Source: the human T2T-CHM13v2.0 reference genome, Homo sapiens. Taken from it: DNA of 64,000 nucleotides. Shown here piece after piece: positions 29,860 to 44,015 of the stretch; the first letter of the stretch is position 1; the number at the start of each line of letters is the position of its first letter. The stretch lies in NCBI RefSeq assembly GCF_009914755.1, contig NC_060936.1, one strand, 5' to 3'. Both the position numbers and the translations under genes were made by a program. Below the pieces are notes generated by a model. That model searched no databases. It saw only the letters and a list, made by a program, of their open reading frames with translations, and had not been told where the DNA came from.

Positions 29860-30228
29860 CCTGGGCTCCCTCTCAGCCTCTCTGCCTGCTTCTTGGGCAT
29901 CTTCCCACCCTCGAAAGGTGGCACCCCCAGGGCTCAGGTGCTCTTCCAGACTCCTGTCTGTGCACAGGCGTCCGTCCATGTCTGCATCCATCCTGGAGCT
30001 TAAGTCAAGGGGATGGATGACTTTAGAACCCCAGTTGCAGCCCGGGCTCCTCTCGGGAACTCCAGACTCCAGATCCAACCACGGACAGGCCCACTTGCCT
30101 TGTCTGGTCAACAGGTGATGTGAACTCACCATGACCCAAACCACCTCTGCCCCCTCACGGCCTTCCCTGTCTCAGGGGAGGGCAGCTCCATCCTTCCTGA
30201 CAATCAGGCCCAGAACCTGGAGCCAGGG
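29860..30228 (+). mobile_element. L2 ORF2 (RT) fossil
   Basis: ccccagggctcag...gaactccagactccagatccaacc...aactcaccatgacccaaacc, typical L2 internal sequence. Confidence 0.65.
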
Positions 30229-30537
30229 TGGGGGTGGGGGTCTGGGGAGGGGGCTTCGGTCACTCCAGGGAGGACATGGGCCAGTGGTGGGCCCTGAGAG
30301 GGGCTAGAGAAGGCCAGGCCATTGGCGCATCAGGGGACGCAGGGACAGGGCAGGAGAGTCCTCGCCAGGCTCCAGGCCGCGCCATGAGGCCTCTGTAAGC
30401 CATCTTCTCACTTTCTTGGATACACATGAGTTTTTAATTTTGATGCGGTCCAATTTCCCTATTTCTTCTGTATGGTGGATGTTGTTGATTCTGTTTCGGA
30501 AATGAGGGAACTCAGGGTCAGAAAGACAAAGGGACTT

Positions 30538-30943
<406 letters not shown>

Positions 30944-30949
30944 TCAGTG

Positions 30950-31450
30950 AAGGTGCTTTGGGCTGTAGGTGACAGGAAAACCCAGCCCACATGGCTTTAG
31001 CAATGAGACCTAGCGGCTCCCCATCAGGAATATCAGGGGCAGGGGGCTCCAGGCTGGCGGACCCAGCAGCTCAGTGACACCATCAAGGACCCAGGTTCTT
31101 TCCTCCTCTTTGATCTGCCATCTTCAGTGCTGACCCCACCTGTAGGCCGGGGAGCAAGAGGGAGGAGCATTTTCCGGAGTCACCTTCAGATAGTGCATCC
31201 ATGAAATAACAGAGACCCTCCCGGACCATGGGTGTCCCCACGAGAAAAATTTATTCAGATGTCCCGCCCAGAAGATTTTCCCCACATCTTATTGGCCTGA
31301 ATCGAGTCACATGCCCACGCCTGAACCAATCCCAGCACAGGGAGAATGGCTCACTCTCAGACCAATCAGGGTCCTCCCTGGAGTCCGTGGTAGCTCAGGG
31401 AGGCTCCCAGCAGGGTGAGAGAGGCCGAAACCCAACAAAATCAGGGTCTC
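30950..31450 (-). mobile_element. Old MLT1 LTR
   Basis: catcaaggacccaggttctttcc...attggcctgaatcgagtcacatgccca. Confidence 0.6.
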
Positions 31451-31570
31451 TCCTGATTATCCCCTCCCCCAGTCTTTCCAGAAGTGCAACCTGAGGTGAT
31501 TGTCAGTGACGAACTTTTTCATAGGTTTTGGATGAATCCTTTTAATAGTCATTAGTTTTTATCATAGTTA

Positions 31571-31978
31571 TTCTGTTGGTGCAAAAGTAATGGCAGCTTT
31601 TGCAATTCCTTTTTTTTTTTTTTTTTTTTTTTTTGAGACCGAATCTCACTCTGTTACCCAAGCTGGAGTGCAATGGCGAGATCTTGGCTCACTGCAACCT
31701 CCAACTCCTGGGTTCAAGTGATTCTCCCGCCTCAGCCTCCCACCTTAGCCTCCCGAGTAACTGGAATTACAGGTGCCTGCCACCACGCCTGGCTAAGTTT
31801 TGTATTTTTGTAGAGACGGGGTTTCACTATGTTGGCCAGGCTGGTCTTGAACCCCTGACTTCAGGTAATCTGCCTGCCTCAACCTCCCAAAATGCTGGGA
31901 TTACAGGCGTGAGCCACCGTGCCCGGCCGCAATTACTTTTAATGGCAAAAACCGCAATTACTTTTGCACCAATCTTAA
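31571..31978. mobile_element. MADE1 (Hsmar1-derived MITE) split by an Alu at 31610-31928 (minus)
   Basis: gttggtgcaaaagtaat... and ...aaaaaccgcaattacttttgcaccaa TIR arms; TSD gcaatt(c/a)ctttt. Confidence 0.9.
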
Positions 31979-32015
31979 TATTATAATCTTTTATTTGTGG
32001 CAAGTGATACTGATT

Positions 32016-32114
32016 TTCCTTTTTCTCTCTCTCTTTCTTCCTTCCTTCCTTTCCTTTCTTTCTTTCTTTCTCTCTCTCTCTCTCTCTCCCTCCCTCCCTC
32101 CCTCCCTCCCTCCC

Positions 32115-32155
<41 letters not shown>

Positions 32156-32425
32156 CCAGGGTTTCATTCTGTCACCCAGGCTGGAGTGCTGTGGCGCCAC
32201 CATAGCTCCCTGCAACCTCAATCTGCTGGTCCCGTCATCCTCCTGCCTCAGCCTCCTGAGTAGCTGTGACTACAGACGCATGCCTGCAGGCCCGGCTGAT
32301 TAAAAAAAATTTTTTTGTAGAGATAGTGTTGCCCAGGCTATTCTTGAACTCCTGGGCTCAAGTGATCCTCCTGCCTCGGCCTCCCCAAGTGTTAAGATTA
32401 TAGGCATGAGCCACTGTGCTCAGCC
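32016..32425 (-). mobile_element. AluJ with long CT/CTTT/CCCT pyrimidine tail
   Basis: Antisense Alu preceded by ~140 bp pyrimidine microsatellite. Confidence 0.9.
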
Positions 32426-32593
32426 TAATTTATCTTTAATGATAGCTATATAATTTCCTTTTAAAAATAAGTTTAGGGCAAACAAAGATAAATCCTCACT
32501 CACTCACTTGGGAGTGTGAAATGGTCGAACCACTTCGGAAAACTGTATCTACTATATCTGAACATATGCCCACTTGATGACCCGCCAATTTCA

Positions 32594-33752
32594 ATCCCAT
32601 AATGCTAGCACTTTGGAAGGCCGAGGTGGGCACATTGCTTGAGTCCAAGAGCTCGAAAACAGTCTAAACAACATGGCAGAACCCCGTCCCTACAAAAAAT
32701 ACAAAAAATTAGCTGGGCACCTGTAGTCCTAGCTACTCAGGAGGCTGAGGTGAGAGGATCAGTTGAGCCAGGAGGTTGAGGCCGCAGTGAGCCATGATCG
32801 TGCCACTTGCAATCCAGCCTGGATGACAGAGCAAGACTTTGTCTAAAAACAAACAAACAACAACAACAACAACAAAAACCATGGGCAACGGGGTGGGCAC
32901 AGGGTTACTCAGAACACTCCAGAATACAGACTCCCCAGATGCCCATCAACATAGATGGAGAGGCTGGATTCGGTGGCTCACGCCTGTAATCCCAGCGCTT
33001 TGGGAGGCTGAGGTGGGCGTATCACTTGAGCTCAGGAGTTGGAGACCAGCCTGGCCAACATGGAGAAACCCTGTCTCTACTAAAAATACAAAAATTAGCC
33101 GGGCGTGGTGGCGCGCACGTGTAATCTCAGCTACACAGTGGGGAGGCTGAGGCAGGAGAATCACTTGAACCCTGGAGGCGGAGGTTGAGATAGCACCACT
33201 GCACTCCAGCCTGGGTGACGGAGCGAGACTCCATCTCAAAAATAAATAAATAAATAAAAATAAATAAAATAGATGGATAAATAAATTGTGGTTCTTTACA
33301 CCGTGGAATCCCATTCAGCAATGAAAAAGAACAAACAACCTCTGCTATAACAACATGGATGAAGCAGCCACAAGAGTCTAAACTGTAAGAACCCATGGAT
33401 CTAAATCCCAAAGCAGGCAAAACTGATCTGCAGTTAGAAGTCTTGCTGGGCAGGTTAGCTGGGCACGGTGGCTCACACCTGTAATCCCAGCACTTTTTGA
33501 GGCCGAAGCCAGCAGATCACCTGAGGTCAGGAGTTTGAGACCAGCCTGGCCAACATGGCGAAACCTCGTCTCTACTAAAAACATAAAAATTAGCCAGGTG
33601 TGGTAGTGGGCACCTGTAGTCCCAGCTACTCAGAAGGCTGAGGCAGGGAGAATTGCTTGAACCTGGGAGGCGGCGGAGGTTGCAGTAAGCGGGGATCCCA
33701 CCACTGCACTCCACCCTGGGTGACAGAGCAAGATCCAGTCTCAAAAAAAAAC
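32594..33752 (+). mobile_element. Three sense Alus (32594-32878, 32962-33270, 33457-33752) within L1ME fragments
   Basis: Alu consensus; intervening L1ME-type motifs (atggataaataaattgtgg, acaacatggatgaa). Confidence 0.88.
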
Positions 33753-34451
33753 AAATGAAGTCAGGCTAGTACTGACCCTTCAGGGTTAGTGACTAAAAAG
33801 GGGTCTGGGTTAGGGGATCTTAAGGGGACATCTGGGAATGTTGTGTTTCTTGAATTGAGTCCTGGTCACACAGGTGTGATCGTTTCATGAAAATCCTTTA
33901 AGCCATACACTTCAGCCATACTTTTCTGTATGCATACCATACTTTAATAAAAACTGTTTTAAAGTGAAGTGATTTTAAGAAAAATGCTAGCCAAGCAACA
34001 GACCCGGCAGTGCACAGGTGTGTGGACATGCGAAGGGGCTTCAGGAGTGACTGGAATCGGGACGCTGCCTATCCCGTCATTCTTGTCATGCCTATTTTTG
34101 GTGGTTGGAATCGCATGAGCAGCAAACACCTGTTGTTGATTTTGCAGGAGAGGCATGGAGAGCAGGTGCAGCAGAGAGAGCACTGTTTGCTTAGAGATGA
34201 TTTCATAGAGCGCTGGATGGAAAGAAATCTGTCCTCAGTTGCTGGGGTGGCCTCTTGACACCCCCGCTCTTCGCAACAGCCTGGAGAAGACCCCACCCAG
34301 TCTCAGCAAATATGAGGCGTGTCTATCCTGCCACTCTCCACCCCAGGAGCAGGCATTGGTAATCCATCCCATCACTCTTGTCCACTGATTCCAGATAAAG
34401 CCTTTAATTCTTTGCAACAGAGTGTCGAAGGCAATAGATGCCAAAGGTTGA

Positions 34452-34761
<310 letters not shown>

Positions 34762-35309
34762 CAGCAGCTAGTAATTGATGACACTTGCTTTACATTCCAG
34801 ACCTAGATGTCTTCCCCTGCCTTCATTGGGAGGGTGCTGAGCCACGGGTTCCACCTCTGCCAAAGGCACACCTAGGAGACTCCTCATGTCCAGCTGAGAA
34901 GAGGGGGACACCTCCTGTCTGAGACTGCAGCTCACACTGCTGCATGCTTCCTGGACACCATCTCTCTGACCTTGGTCGCATCTGCCTAGCCTGCAGCTAC
35001 GTTCTCTGACCTCCAGCTCTTCCTCTTTCTCCCCTCGGTAATACCAAAGTCTCAAGAACACAGCCCTCACTTCTAGACAGAAAGGCCTCACCAGGACCCA
35101 CCTGTGTGGCCCAGGTGTGACCTCATGTACAAACACATCTCCCAAAATCACCATCTCGTCATCATGGATCCTAGTACTATCCATGAGTTAACTCTCATTT
35201 CTGTGTTAATCGGGGGTGCAGCACATTTTGGTGCAGATTCATTGTGGCTTTGGGGTGCCATTTGGGACTCTCCCCCATGCACAATGTGTGCCTATCTCAT
35301 CAAATTAAA

Positions 35310-35812
35310 TTAGGCTTGTTTTGGCCTGGCCAGTGTCCATTCCTTCTTTTCCGGATAATAGCATCTCAGTTTTCCATGGGGAACATTTCCTCTCCCACAC
35401 ACTAAATGAAATCATATCTGACATGACTTGTATGGAGGATATGACCCAACCCAGCAGAAACATAGTGACTGGCTCAAGGGTGGCCATAAGATCCAGCTGG
35501 GCTGATCAGAGTTGGCCCGGACAACTGAGCTATCAGTCATGAGGTGACCCCTTTCTGCTGTTACCAAAGTGATAAGAGGTCATCTAAGAGCTGTTGGGAC
35601 CATCTTTCCTCCATTTGAGGAAATCCAGCCCTAGAATGAAGCCAACACCAGGAAAAGCAGATCCAACGTACAACAGGATACAGGTTCCCAATGATGTCAT
35701 TTAAGCGCCTGGATCCAGCCATGCCTGAAACCATAAACTGCCAGACATTTCTACTTAAGACTATTTGAATTGGATTCATTTCCCCTGCCACCAAAAGATG
35801 CTTGGTTAATAC
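35310..35812 (+). mobile_element. MLT1J-like LTR
   Basis: cctggatccagccatgcctgaa...tttgaattggatt...ttaataca. Confidence 0.65.
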
Positions 35813-36563
35813 AAGTTATTAAGATAAGTCTGAGCAGCCTACAAATAGGCAAACAATTATTAGGGGAAATTACCTAAGACATGTGGGATAGGAGTAATAT
35901 TGCTGGATAATGCAGATGCTAGCAACACAAGGCAAATAATTGAAGAATTGATCACAGTTCCCACTCTAAAGATACTGAAACCACAATCCTACTTCTCTTT
36001 CAGGAGGGCAGGGTCCTAAGTGGCCATCTGGTCTACCAGGGTGGTCTCCCCATGAAAACAGGAAATTGACATTAGTCGGCATGGGGTAGTTTAGTGAACC
36101 TGTGTTAGCTTCTCGTGATAAGCATATTTTCTTCTAAACAGCCACAAGCCATCTGTGTAATGCTCTGTTCCAGAATTCTGCGAAGATCTCTTGCTGTCAG
36201 ACATACCCCATCTGGGGTTTCCAGGATCCATATCATTTTCCCTTTTGGAAAATTGGGGCCCTTGCCCATCTTCAGGCTTTACTTACTTTCCAGCAATTTC
36301 TCCTGGGTCCTCTTTCACTGTCTCCTGGCCAACCATGAATTCAATTCTCTCTTTAGAACGTCTCTTCCTCCCGTGGGATTGGAAAGAACATTTGTCCTCA
36401 GCGGCAAAGGCAGGGCTTCATCAAAGACGAGTGACTCAGTGCTTTTCCTGCTGTCTGGCCACATGATCCACATGCCCGCAAAGGGGACGTGTCTTGAACA
36501 TGTCATGATTTCCCCTGAATTTCTTATGTTATTCTTTTAAAATTCACCTGGGGAACTTACTCC

Positions 36564-36865
36564 TTTTTTTTTTTTTTTGAGACAGTGGCTCTCTCAGTCA
36601 CCCAGGCTGGTGTGCAGTGCAGTGGTGCCATCCTAGCTCACTGCAGCCTTGACCTTCTGGGTTTCGAGTGATCCTCCCACCTCAGCCTCCCAAATAACTG
36701 GGACCACAGCACCTGCTACCATACCTGGCTCATTTTAAATTTTTTTTGTAGAGACAGGGTCTCACTATGATGCCCAGGCTGGTCTGCAATCCTTGGGCTC
36801 AAGTGAACCTCCCATCCTGGCCTCCCAAAGTGCTGGGATTACAACTGTGAGCCACTGCACCTGGC
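36564..36865 (-). mobile_element. AluJ
   Basis: Antisense Alu dimer. Confidence 0.92.
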
Positions 36866-37039
36866 CCTTATTCCATTTTTAAGGTAATACATGCATATGA
36901 TAAAATCAGCCCCAAGAGACCCAAACAATATACAATAAACAAAGTCTCCCTTCCTGATCTCCAGCTCCCAGTTCCCATCACCAAGGACAGCCATAGTCAT
37001 CAATTTTTCCTTCCAGAGATATTTTGTGCATATAACGGG

Positions 37040-37112
37040 ATACATGTATGTACATATATGTGTTTGTATGCATACATGTATGTACATATATGTGTTTGTA
37101 TGCATACATGTA
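37040..37112. repeat. 32-bp tandem repeat x2.3, mostly alternating purine-pyrimidine
   Basis: atacatgtatgtacatatatgtgtttgtatgc repeated. Confidence 0.95.
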
Positions 37113-37129
37113 CTGCCTTTTTGTGTGTA

Positions 37130-38175
<1,046 letters not shown>

Positions 38176-38573
38176 TGATATCTACCTTTTTTACACAAAC
38201 GCAACCTACTATACACCCTATTTTACCTCTTGAATATTCACTAAGCAATCAGTATTGGAGCTCGTTCTACATCAGTTTATGTAGAATCCACATTTTTTTT
38301 TTGAGACCATTGTAGTCCCCTGGATGGATAGACCCTAACTCACCAGCCAGCCCCGGACTGATGGTGATGCAGCGTGCACCCGTCTTCTCGTCCCTCTCAA
38401 TGCTGTAGTAACTATCTCTGTCTTTGTGCACATTCCGCTGATCTGCATTTCTTTCCAAAAGTCAAGGGCAGTCCCCTCTTTGATAATTTCCATCTGCCAG
38501 AGGCCTTCATCTCAGTCTCCGTGGTTGGCGATAAGAACACGGCCACCACCCCACACAACAAACATCCCTGACA

Positions 38574-38628
38574 TTTCTTTATCTCTCTTCCTTTCCTTCC
38601 TTTCCTTCTCTTTCTTTCTTTCTCTTTT

Positions 38629-38691
<63 letters not shown>

Positions 38692-39075
38692 CTTTCTTTC
38701 TTTCTCTCTCTCTCTCTTTCTGTCTCTCTTTCTTTTCTTGACTGAGTCTTGCTCTGTCGCCCAGGCTGGAGTACAGTGGGGTGATCTCACTCACTGCAGC
38801 CTCCACCTCCCAGGTTCAAGTGATTCTCCTGCCTCAGCCTCCTGAGTAGCTGGGATTACAGGCATCCACTGCCACACCCAGCTAATTTTTGTATTTTTAG
38901 TAGAGACGGTGCCCTGAAAAATCTCAGAGCAACTCAGCTGTGCCGCAGAGCAAGCCAGCACCAGCCCTGCCATACCCATGTTGGCCACGCTGGTCTCGAA
39001 CTCCTGGCCTCAAGTGATCCACCGCCTCAGCCTCCCAAAGTGCTGGGATTACAGTATGAGCCACCGCACCCAGCC
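38574..39075 (-). mobile_element. Alu with (TTTC)n tail and internal foreign insertion
   Basis: Antisense Alu; ~16 TTTC units 38627-38690; TSD catccctgacatttct. Confidence 0.92.
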
Positions 39076-39330
39076 CATCCCTGACATTTCTGGGCCCTCA
39101 CTCTCTTCCAGGCACTTAGGCTTCCTGCTTTATTCCATTCACTTCCCCAAATGATTCTTCGAGGTAACTTTTCTTCCCGTCTTTCAGGGAGCAGTCCCTT
39201 GGCCAAAGTTTCTCAGGGCTGGTGGGGGTGGCAGGATTCAGCCCTGGCTTCTGGCTTGGCCCGACTCCGAGGCCGTGTCCTCTGCCTCTGGACCCCGCTC
39301 TCTTGCTTGGGAATTTGGGGTGTCTGCATT

Positions 39331-39440
39331 CGGGTGACCCATCATTCCCACTTTGCCCAGGACTGAGGGTCTTCCCAGGATACAGAACCTCAATGCTAAA
39401 TCCCGGGAAGTCCCAGGCAATCAGGATGAGTTGGTCACCA
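39331..39440. mobile_element. MER94-like hAT MITE
   Basis: gggtgacc...ggatgagttggtcacc termini. Confidence 0.7.
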
Positions 39441-40749
39441 TGGTCTGGAAGGCCTAGCTTTTGTGTTGGGGATGGCTCACCCTGAGTCATTTCTGCCATC
39501 CGGCCTTCCTCTGTTGGCAAAAGTCCCAGCCCAAGGACTTTGGTGGGACTTGAACTTCCCACCTTGGCCTCCTGTTCCCTCCCCACACTCTGACCTGCAC
39601 AACCTCTGCCCCCAGTCTCCCCTCTCCTTCCACACGGCCCCAGCAGGGCACCAGAACCAGCAGCCCCCGCCAAAGGCCCTGCCGTCAGCAAAGAGAACTT
39701 GCATCCAGGCCAAACCACCAAAGCTACTGAGTCAAAAAAATGGAGAAAAACTCCACCTCCCATCTCCTCGGGCACCTCAATTTTCTGCAGTTCCTCCTGC
39801 GTCTGTCACACATTTCGGGATGGAAGAAAGCACACAGCGGCCAGGAGTTCAAAGGTATCTGTCTGGGCATTTGTGCCAGGGCAAAGTGACCAGGCAACTC
39901 AGCTCTGCCGCAGAGCAAGCCGGCACCAGCCCTACCACACCCGTAATAATTCACAGTTCCTCACTCAGACGCCACTTGGGGCTCCAACTTGGCCTCTCCT
40001 CACACCGCTGATCCTCCAGCGCCATAATTAGCTTCTTACCACCCACCTTGTGCTAACAACCTTCCCCTTTATTACTGCAAAAGACATTCAAGAAAACGCA
40101 TAGACCACAGCCCGTCATCCATTTGTAACCTTGAGTATTTATTTTTTTTCAGGGAACCCAGCGAAGATGTAAGTCAAGAGAATTCTCACCCCCATCCCTC
40201 ATCACTCTCACTCTTCCGAGACAAGTGTCACGATGTGGTGGCTGACAGAGCTTCCCTTTTTGAAGGGCACGGTCTCAGTTCTGCTGGCTCTCAGGCTGGA
40301 AGAAGCCGAGGGCGCTGAGTGGGCAGAAGGGGCCCCAGGAAGCCCCTCAGAGGATGGGAAGTGGCGGGGGACAGGGCCACAGGGCTTGCTGTGACCCGGT
40401 ATGACCTCCTTTTCCTCTTGTCCTGACCAGGACAACCGTGTTCAGAGGTGGGTTCATCTGGCGTACCGGGCTTGCGGCAGATCCTGCTGTTTCTCCACCC
40501 ACCCGCCTTTCCCTCTCCTTGTTTCCGAAGGAGAGCCTGCCTCTCGCCCCGAGGTTGAACATTCCAGCTCCTTGCTCTCCCCGGCAGGAAGCCCCAATTC
40601 TGCCCTGCAGTGGTTGCCTGGACACCCTCGTAACCCAGCTGAGCCTGCACCCCCGGGGCCTGGGCCACTCTGCTGCTCTGTCTTGCACCCTTGACTTCCT
40701 TTGAGGGTTGACTCTGGACCCTTAAGCCTCCTCCTTCCTTGCCTGGAGT

Positions 40750-41005
40750 TTACCCACCTAGGCCGGCCGCCTGGCAAGGACTGGCTGGTGCGGGGCCTGA
40801 AAGCCTGGCCCTCGCCTCAAGGTGGGACTGTCTGGGCTGTCACTGATGCCCCAGAGCTCCCGAGGGATCCTTTGCCTGGCTTCTTCCCGTCGTCCCCGTC
40901 CTGTTTCCCCACTCTCTTCCCGCCTGTCCCAGACTGCTACCTTCCTAATAAATGGCTTGTACAGAAATCCTTGCCTCAGGCTCTGCCTATGAGGAGCCTG
41001 ACCAC
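40750..41005 (+). mobile_element. LTR16-like ERVL LTR fragment
   Basis: cctaataaa...aaatccttgcctcaggctctgc. Confidence 0.55.
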
Positions 41006-41298
41006 ACGCATTCTCTGTGTGGAGAGACCCCCCAGGACCTCTTTTTGTTCCATGGGACCTAACAGGAGTCTGGGGAAGGTTTTTCTCTCCCTGATTGAAG
41101 AGTGAGGCATGCAGGGAAGGTTTTCCCACTTCTTTTTCCAGCCTCAAAAACAATCAGATGAAGCAGCTGGCCCCAGTGGCCATTTTGGATGAGGAGGGAA
41201 CATGGCCAATGACACCAGAGGGAAGGGTCTTGGTCTTTGCTGACGGCATCAAGCAGCCAATCCTGCAGCTGCCTATGCACAGACCTTTGTCTGTGTGA

Positions 41299-41610
41299 GA
41301 TGATGGTGATGATGATGACGATGATGATGATGACGATTGAGACAGGGTCTCACTCTGTTGCCCAGGCAGGAGGGTAGCAATGCAATCATAACTCACGGCA
41401 GCCTAAACCTCTTGGTCTCAAGTGATCCTCCTACCTCAGCCTCCTGAGAGCTGAGACCACAGGTGGCATGTGCCACCACACTGGGCTAATTTTGATAGAG
41501 ATGGGGTCTTGCTATATTGCCCAGACTGGTCTCAAATGTGGGCTCAAGTGATGCTCCCACCTTGGCCTCCCAAAGTGCTGGGGTTACAGGCACGAGCCAT
41601 ATGCCTGGCC
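41299..41610 (-). mobile_element. AluJ with (GAT)n tail
   Basis: Antisense Alu; GAT repeat 41299-41337. Confidence 0.9.
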
Positions 41611-42638
41611 CTTTGTAAGATTACAATGAATCCTTCTTTGGAACCTTCTGATCAGAAAGTTGTGTCTTACTGTGGAACCTCCCTTCCCTGCAAGGCATGG
41701 TGGCGTTTGACCAGCCTCTCAGGCCTGGCCCCTTCCTCCTGGCCGAATTTGATTTGGAGCAGATGTTCACCCTCATTCTGGCCAACGACATGTGAAAGAC
41801 ATCTCCTGAGGCCTCCTGGCGAAAACGTCTTTGTTCTGTACAGATCCAACCCTGGGTGTGTGACGGCCGCCTCCCCAAGGAGAATGCCACCACTCAGCCT
41901 TTGCACAGATGGAGGCAGAGCCCGGCCACCATGTCCGGGACCCGCTGGGCCCGGGCTTCTTGTCGTGTGTGCCAATGATCTGCCTATCAACAAAGCCTAT
42001 TCGATTCGGGTTTTCCATGACTCCCAACCAAGGCATTTTAGCTGATAAGTGAGGGAGGTGCTGGGTGCCCCTCTGGACCCTTGGGGGAAACACAAAGATG
42101 AATGGGAATTTTTCACCTCTTTAGAGCTTGCTATGTGGCAGCCGCTATCGAGCACTTCATATTCATTGCTGTTCATCTTTACAACAGCCCTGTAAGGTTG
42201 GATGAAATGACCCCCTTAATAGCTGTGGAGACGAAGGCCCAGAGAGGGTAAGTCACTTGCCCAGGGTCACACAGCTTGTGAGTGGCTGACCCCAGATGCC
42301 AGATTCTCAACTGCAAGCCCTGCCTCTGGGGAGCTTCTGGCCTTGCATAAGAGACAAGCGCACAGAGTAGGATGGAGGGCTCGGAGGAGGGGCTGGGAAG
42401 CAGGCAGGGAGATGGTATGGGACGAGCTCCAGGCCCAGAGTCAGAAGGGCTTGCATTGCTCACTGTGTGACCTTGAGCAAGTGGCTTTGCCTCTCTGTGA
42501 GACAGCTTCCTCTTGAGTGAAATAGACCAGTGGTACCTACTGAGCAGGTATGTCAAACAAGAAGCCACAGCTGGAGGTGCTCTGCAAGCTGTCAAGGGCT
42601 GTGCACAGGTCAGCAGCACCCATCATCGCAGGCCTCCA

Positions 42639-42778
42639 TTGGGAGGCTGAGGTGGGAGGATTGCTTGAGCCTGGGTAACATAGCGAGACCCCCATCTCTA
42701 TAAACAATTTTAAAACTTTGCTGGGTATGGTGGTGCACACCTGTAATCCCAGCTACTCAGGAGGGTAAGGTGGGAGGA
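42639..42778 (+). mobile_element. Alu fragment
   Basis: Partial Alu consensus. Confidence 0.8.
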
Positions 42779-43089
42779 AAGAAGAAAGGGAGAGAGGGAG
42801 GGAGGGAGGGCTGGCCATGGCTTCCACTCCTCCATGACCCCGGGAGAGAAGCCCTCGGGTCTGACATGGCTCCTCTTGGTCTTGTCAGCTTTCACAAGGG
42901 CTGAGCAACTCCTGCTGGATGGTTTTGCTTATTACTATCATATTTTAAGCATCCCCCAAGGAACCAAGGATTGCATCCTGATCACTTCATGCACCTGCCT
43001 CCAAGGTTTACCAAAGGTCTACTCTGCCAGAACAGCCTTGGATACATGTTTAAAGCAACCACACATTACTGATGGCCCCCGCCTCTAAT

Positions 43090-43505
43090 GCACCCCTTCC
43101 CTCCACAGACGTGACCACCATCCTGAGATTCCAGTGTAAATTTCCTTCCAGTGGGTGAGGTTTTGCTCCATTTGAATGCATCCATTCACAATCTATAGCA
43201 TCATTTCACATGTTTTAAAACCTGACCTAAATGGTATACTATTGCATGAATTATTTTGTAATTGGAATTTTCTGTCTGTTACTTTTCTGTTGTTTTTGCA
43301 GCACGTCACATTGATAAGCATGGATCAAGTTCATTCATCTCCACTGCTGCATTATATTCCATTAGCTGAGCAAGCCACAGTTCATTTATTCACCCACCTA
43401 TTGATGGGCATGTGGATCGTGCTCAATTTTTCCCAATCACGAGCAAGGCTGCAATGAAAACTCTTATGCACGCCTCTTTAGGCACTTGCTGGAGAATTCT
43501 CTTGA
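43090..43505 (-). mobile_element. L1ME fragment
   Basis: aaatggtatactattgcatg...tttattcacccacctattgatggg. Confidence 0.65.
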
Positions 43506-43715
43506 ACTCAATGTTCCTTTTCCTAACAAATGTTTGAAATATCTCCTCTACTATCCTGAAATGTGATTCGTGACTGATAGGAGTTACTTATACATTGTAC
43601 TGCCAAAAAATACACACCACACACACACACACTCACACACCCAAACACACACACTATGATCATCTGTAATGTTAAAGAAAGTCATTTGTAACAAAATAAT
43701 ATAATAATATGTATT

Positions 43716-44015
43716 GGCTGGGCACATGATGCAGCCAGCCAGGATGCTGGCTGCATCCTCCCAGCACTTTGGGAGGCCCAGGAGGGAGGATCACTTGAGA
43801 CCAGGAGTTGGAGACCAGCCTGGCCAGTATAGTGAGACTCATCTTTACAAAAAAATTTAAAAATTAGCTGGGTGGGGTCGTGCACACTTGCAGTCCCAGC
43901 TACTTGGGAGGCTGAGGTGGGTGGATTACTTGAGCATGGGAGGTCAAGGCTGTAGTAAGCCATGATCACGCCACTATACTCCAGCCTGGGTGACAGAGCA
44001 AGAACCTGTCTCAAA
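43716..44015 (+). mobile_element. AluJ with fold-back insertion near the 5' end
   Basis: Alu consensus interrupted at 43727-43758. Confidence 0.9.

Noticed and set aside
30071-30092. REST/RE1-like CCACGGACAG in L2
   Set aside because: Only the right half-site matches; the left half is poor
34235-34444. SIAFDT...GVSRG as separate RT core motifs
   Set aside because: Out of order for the element; the segment fits the CR1 3' end better, so the resemblance is probably coincidental
34768-35184. 138-aa ORF as a novel gene
   Set aside because: Better explained as degenerate CR1/L3 ORF2 C-terminus; no exon or promoter support
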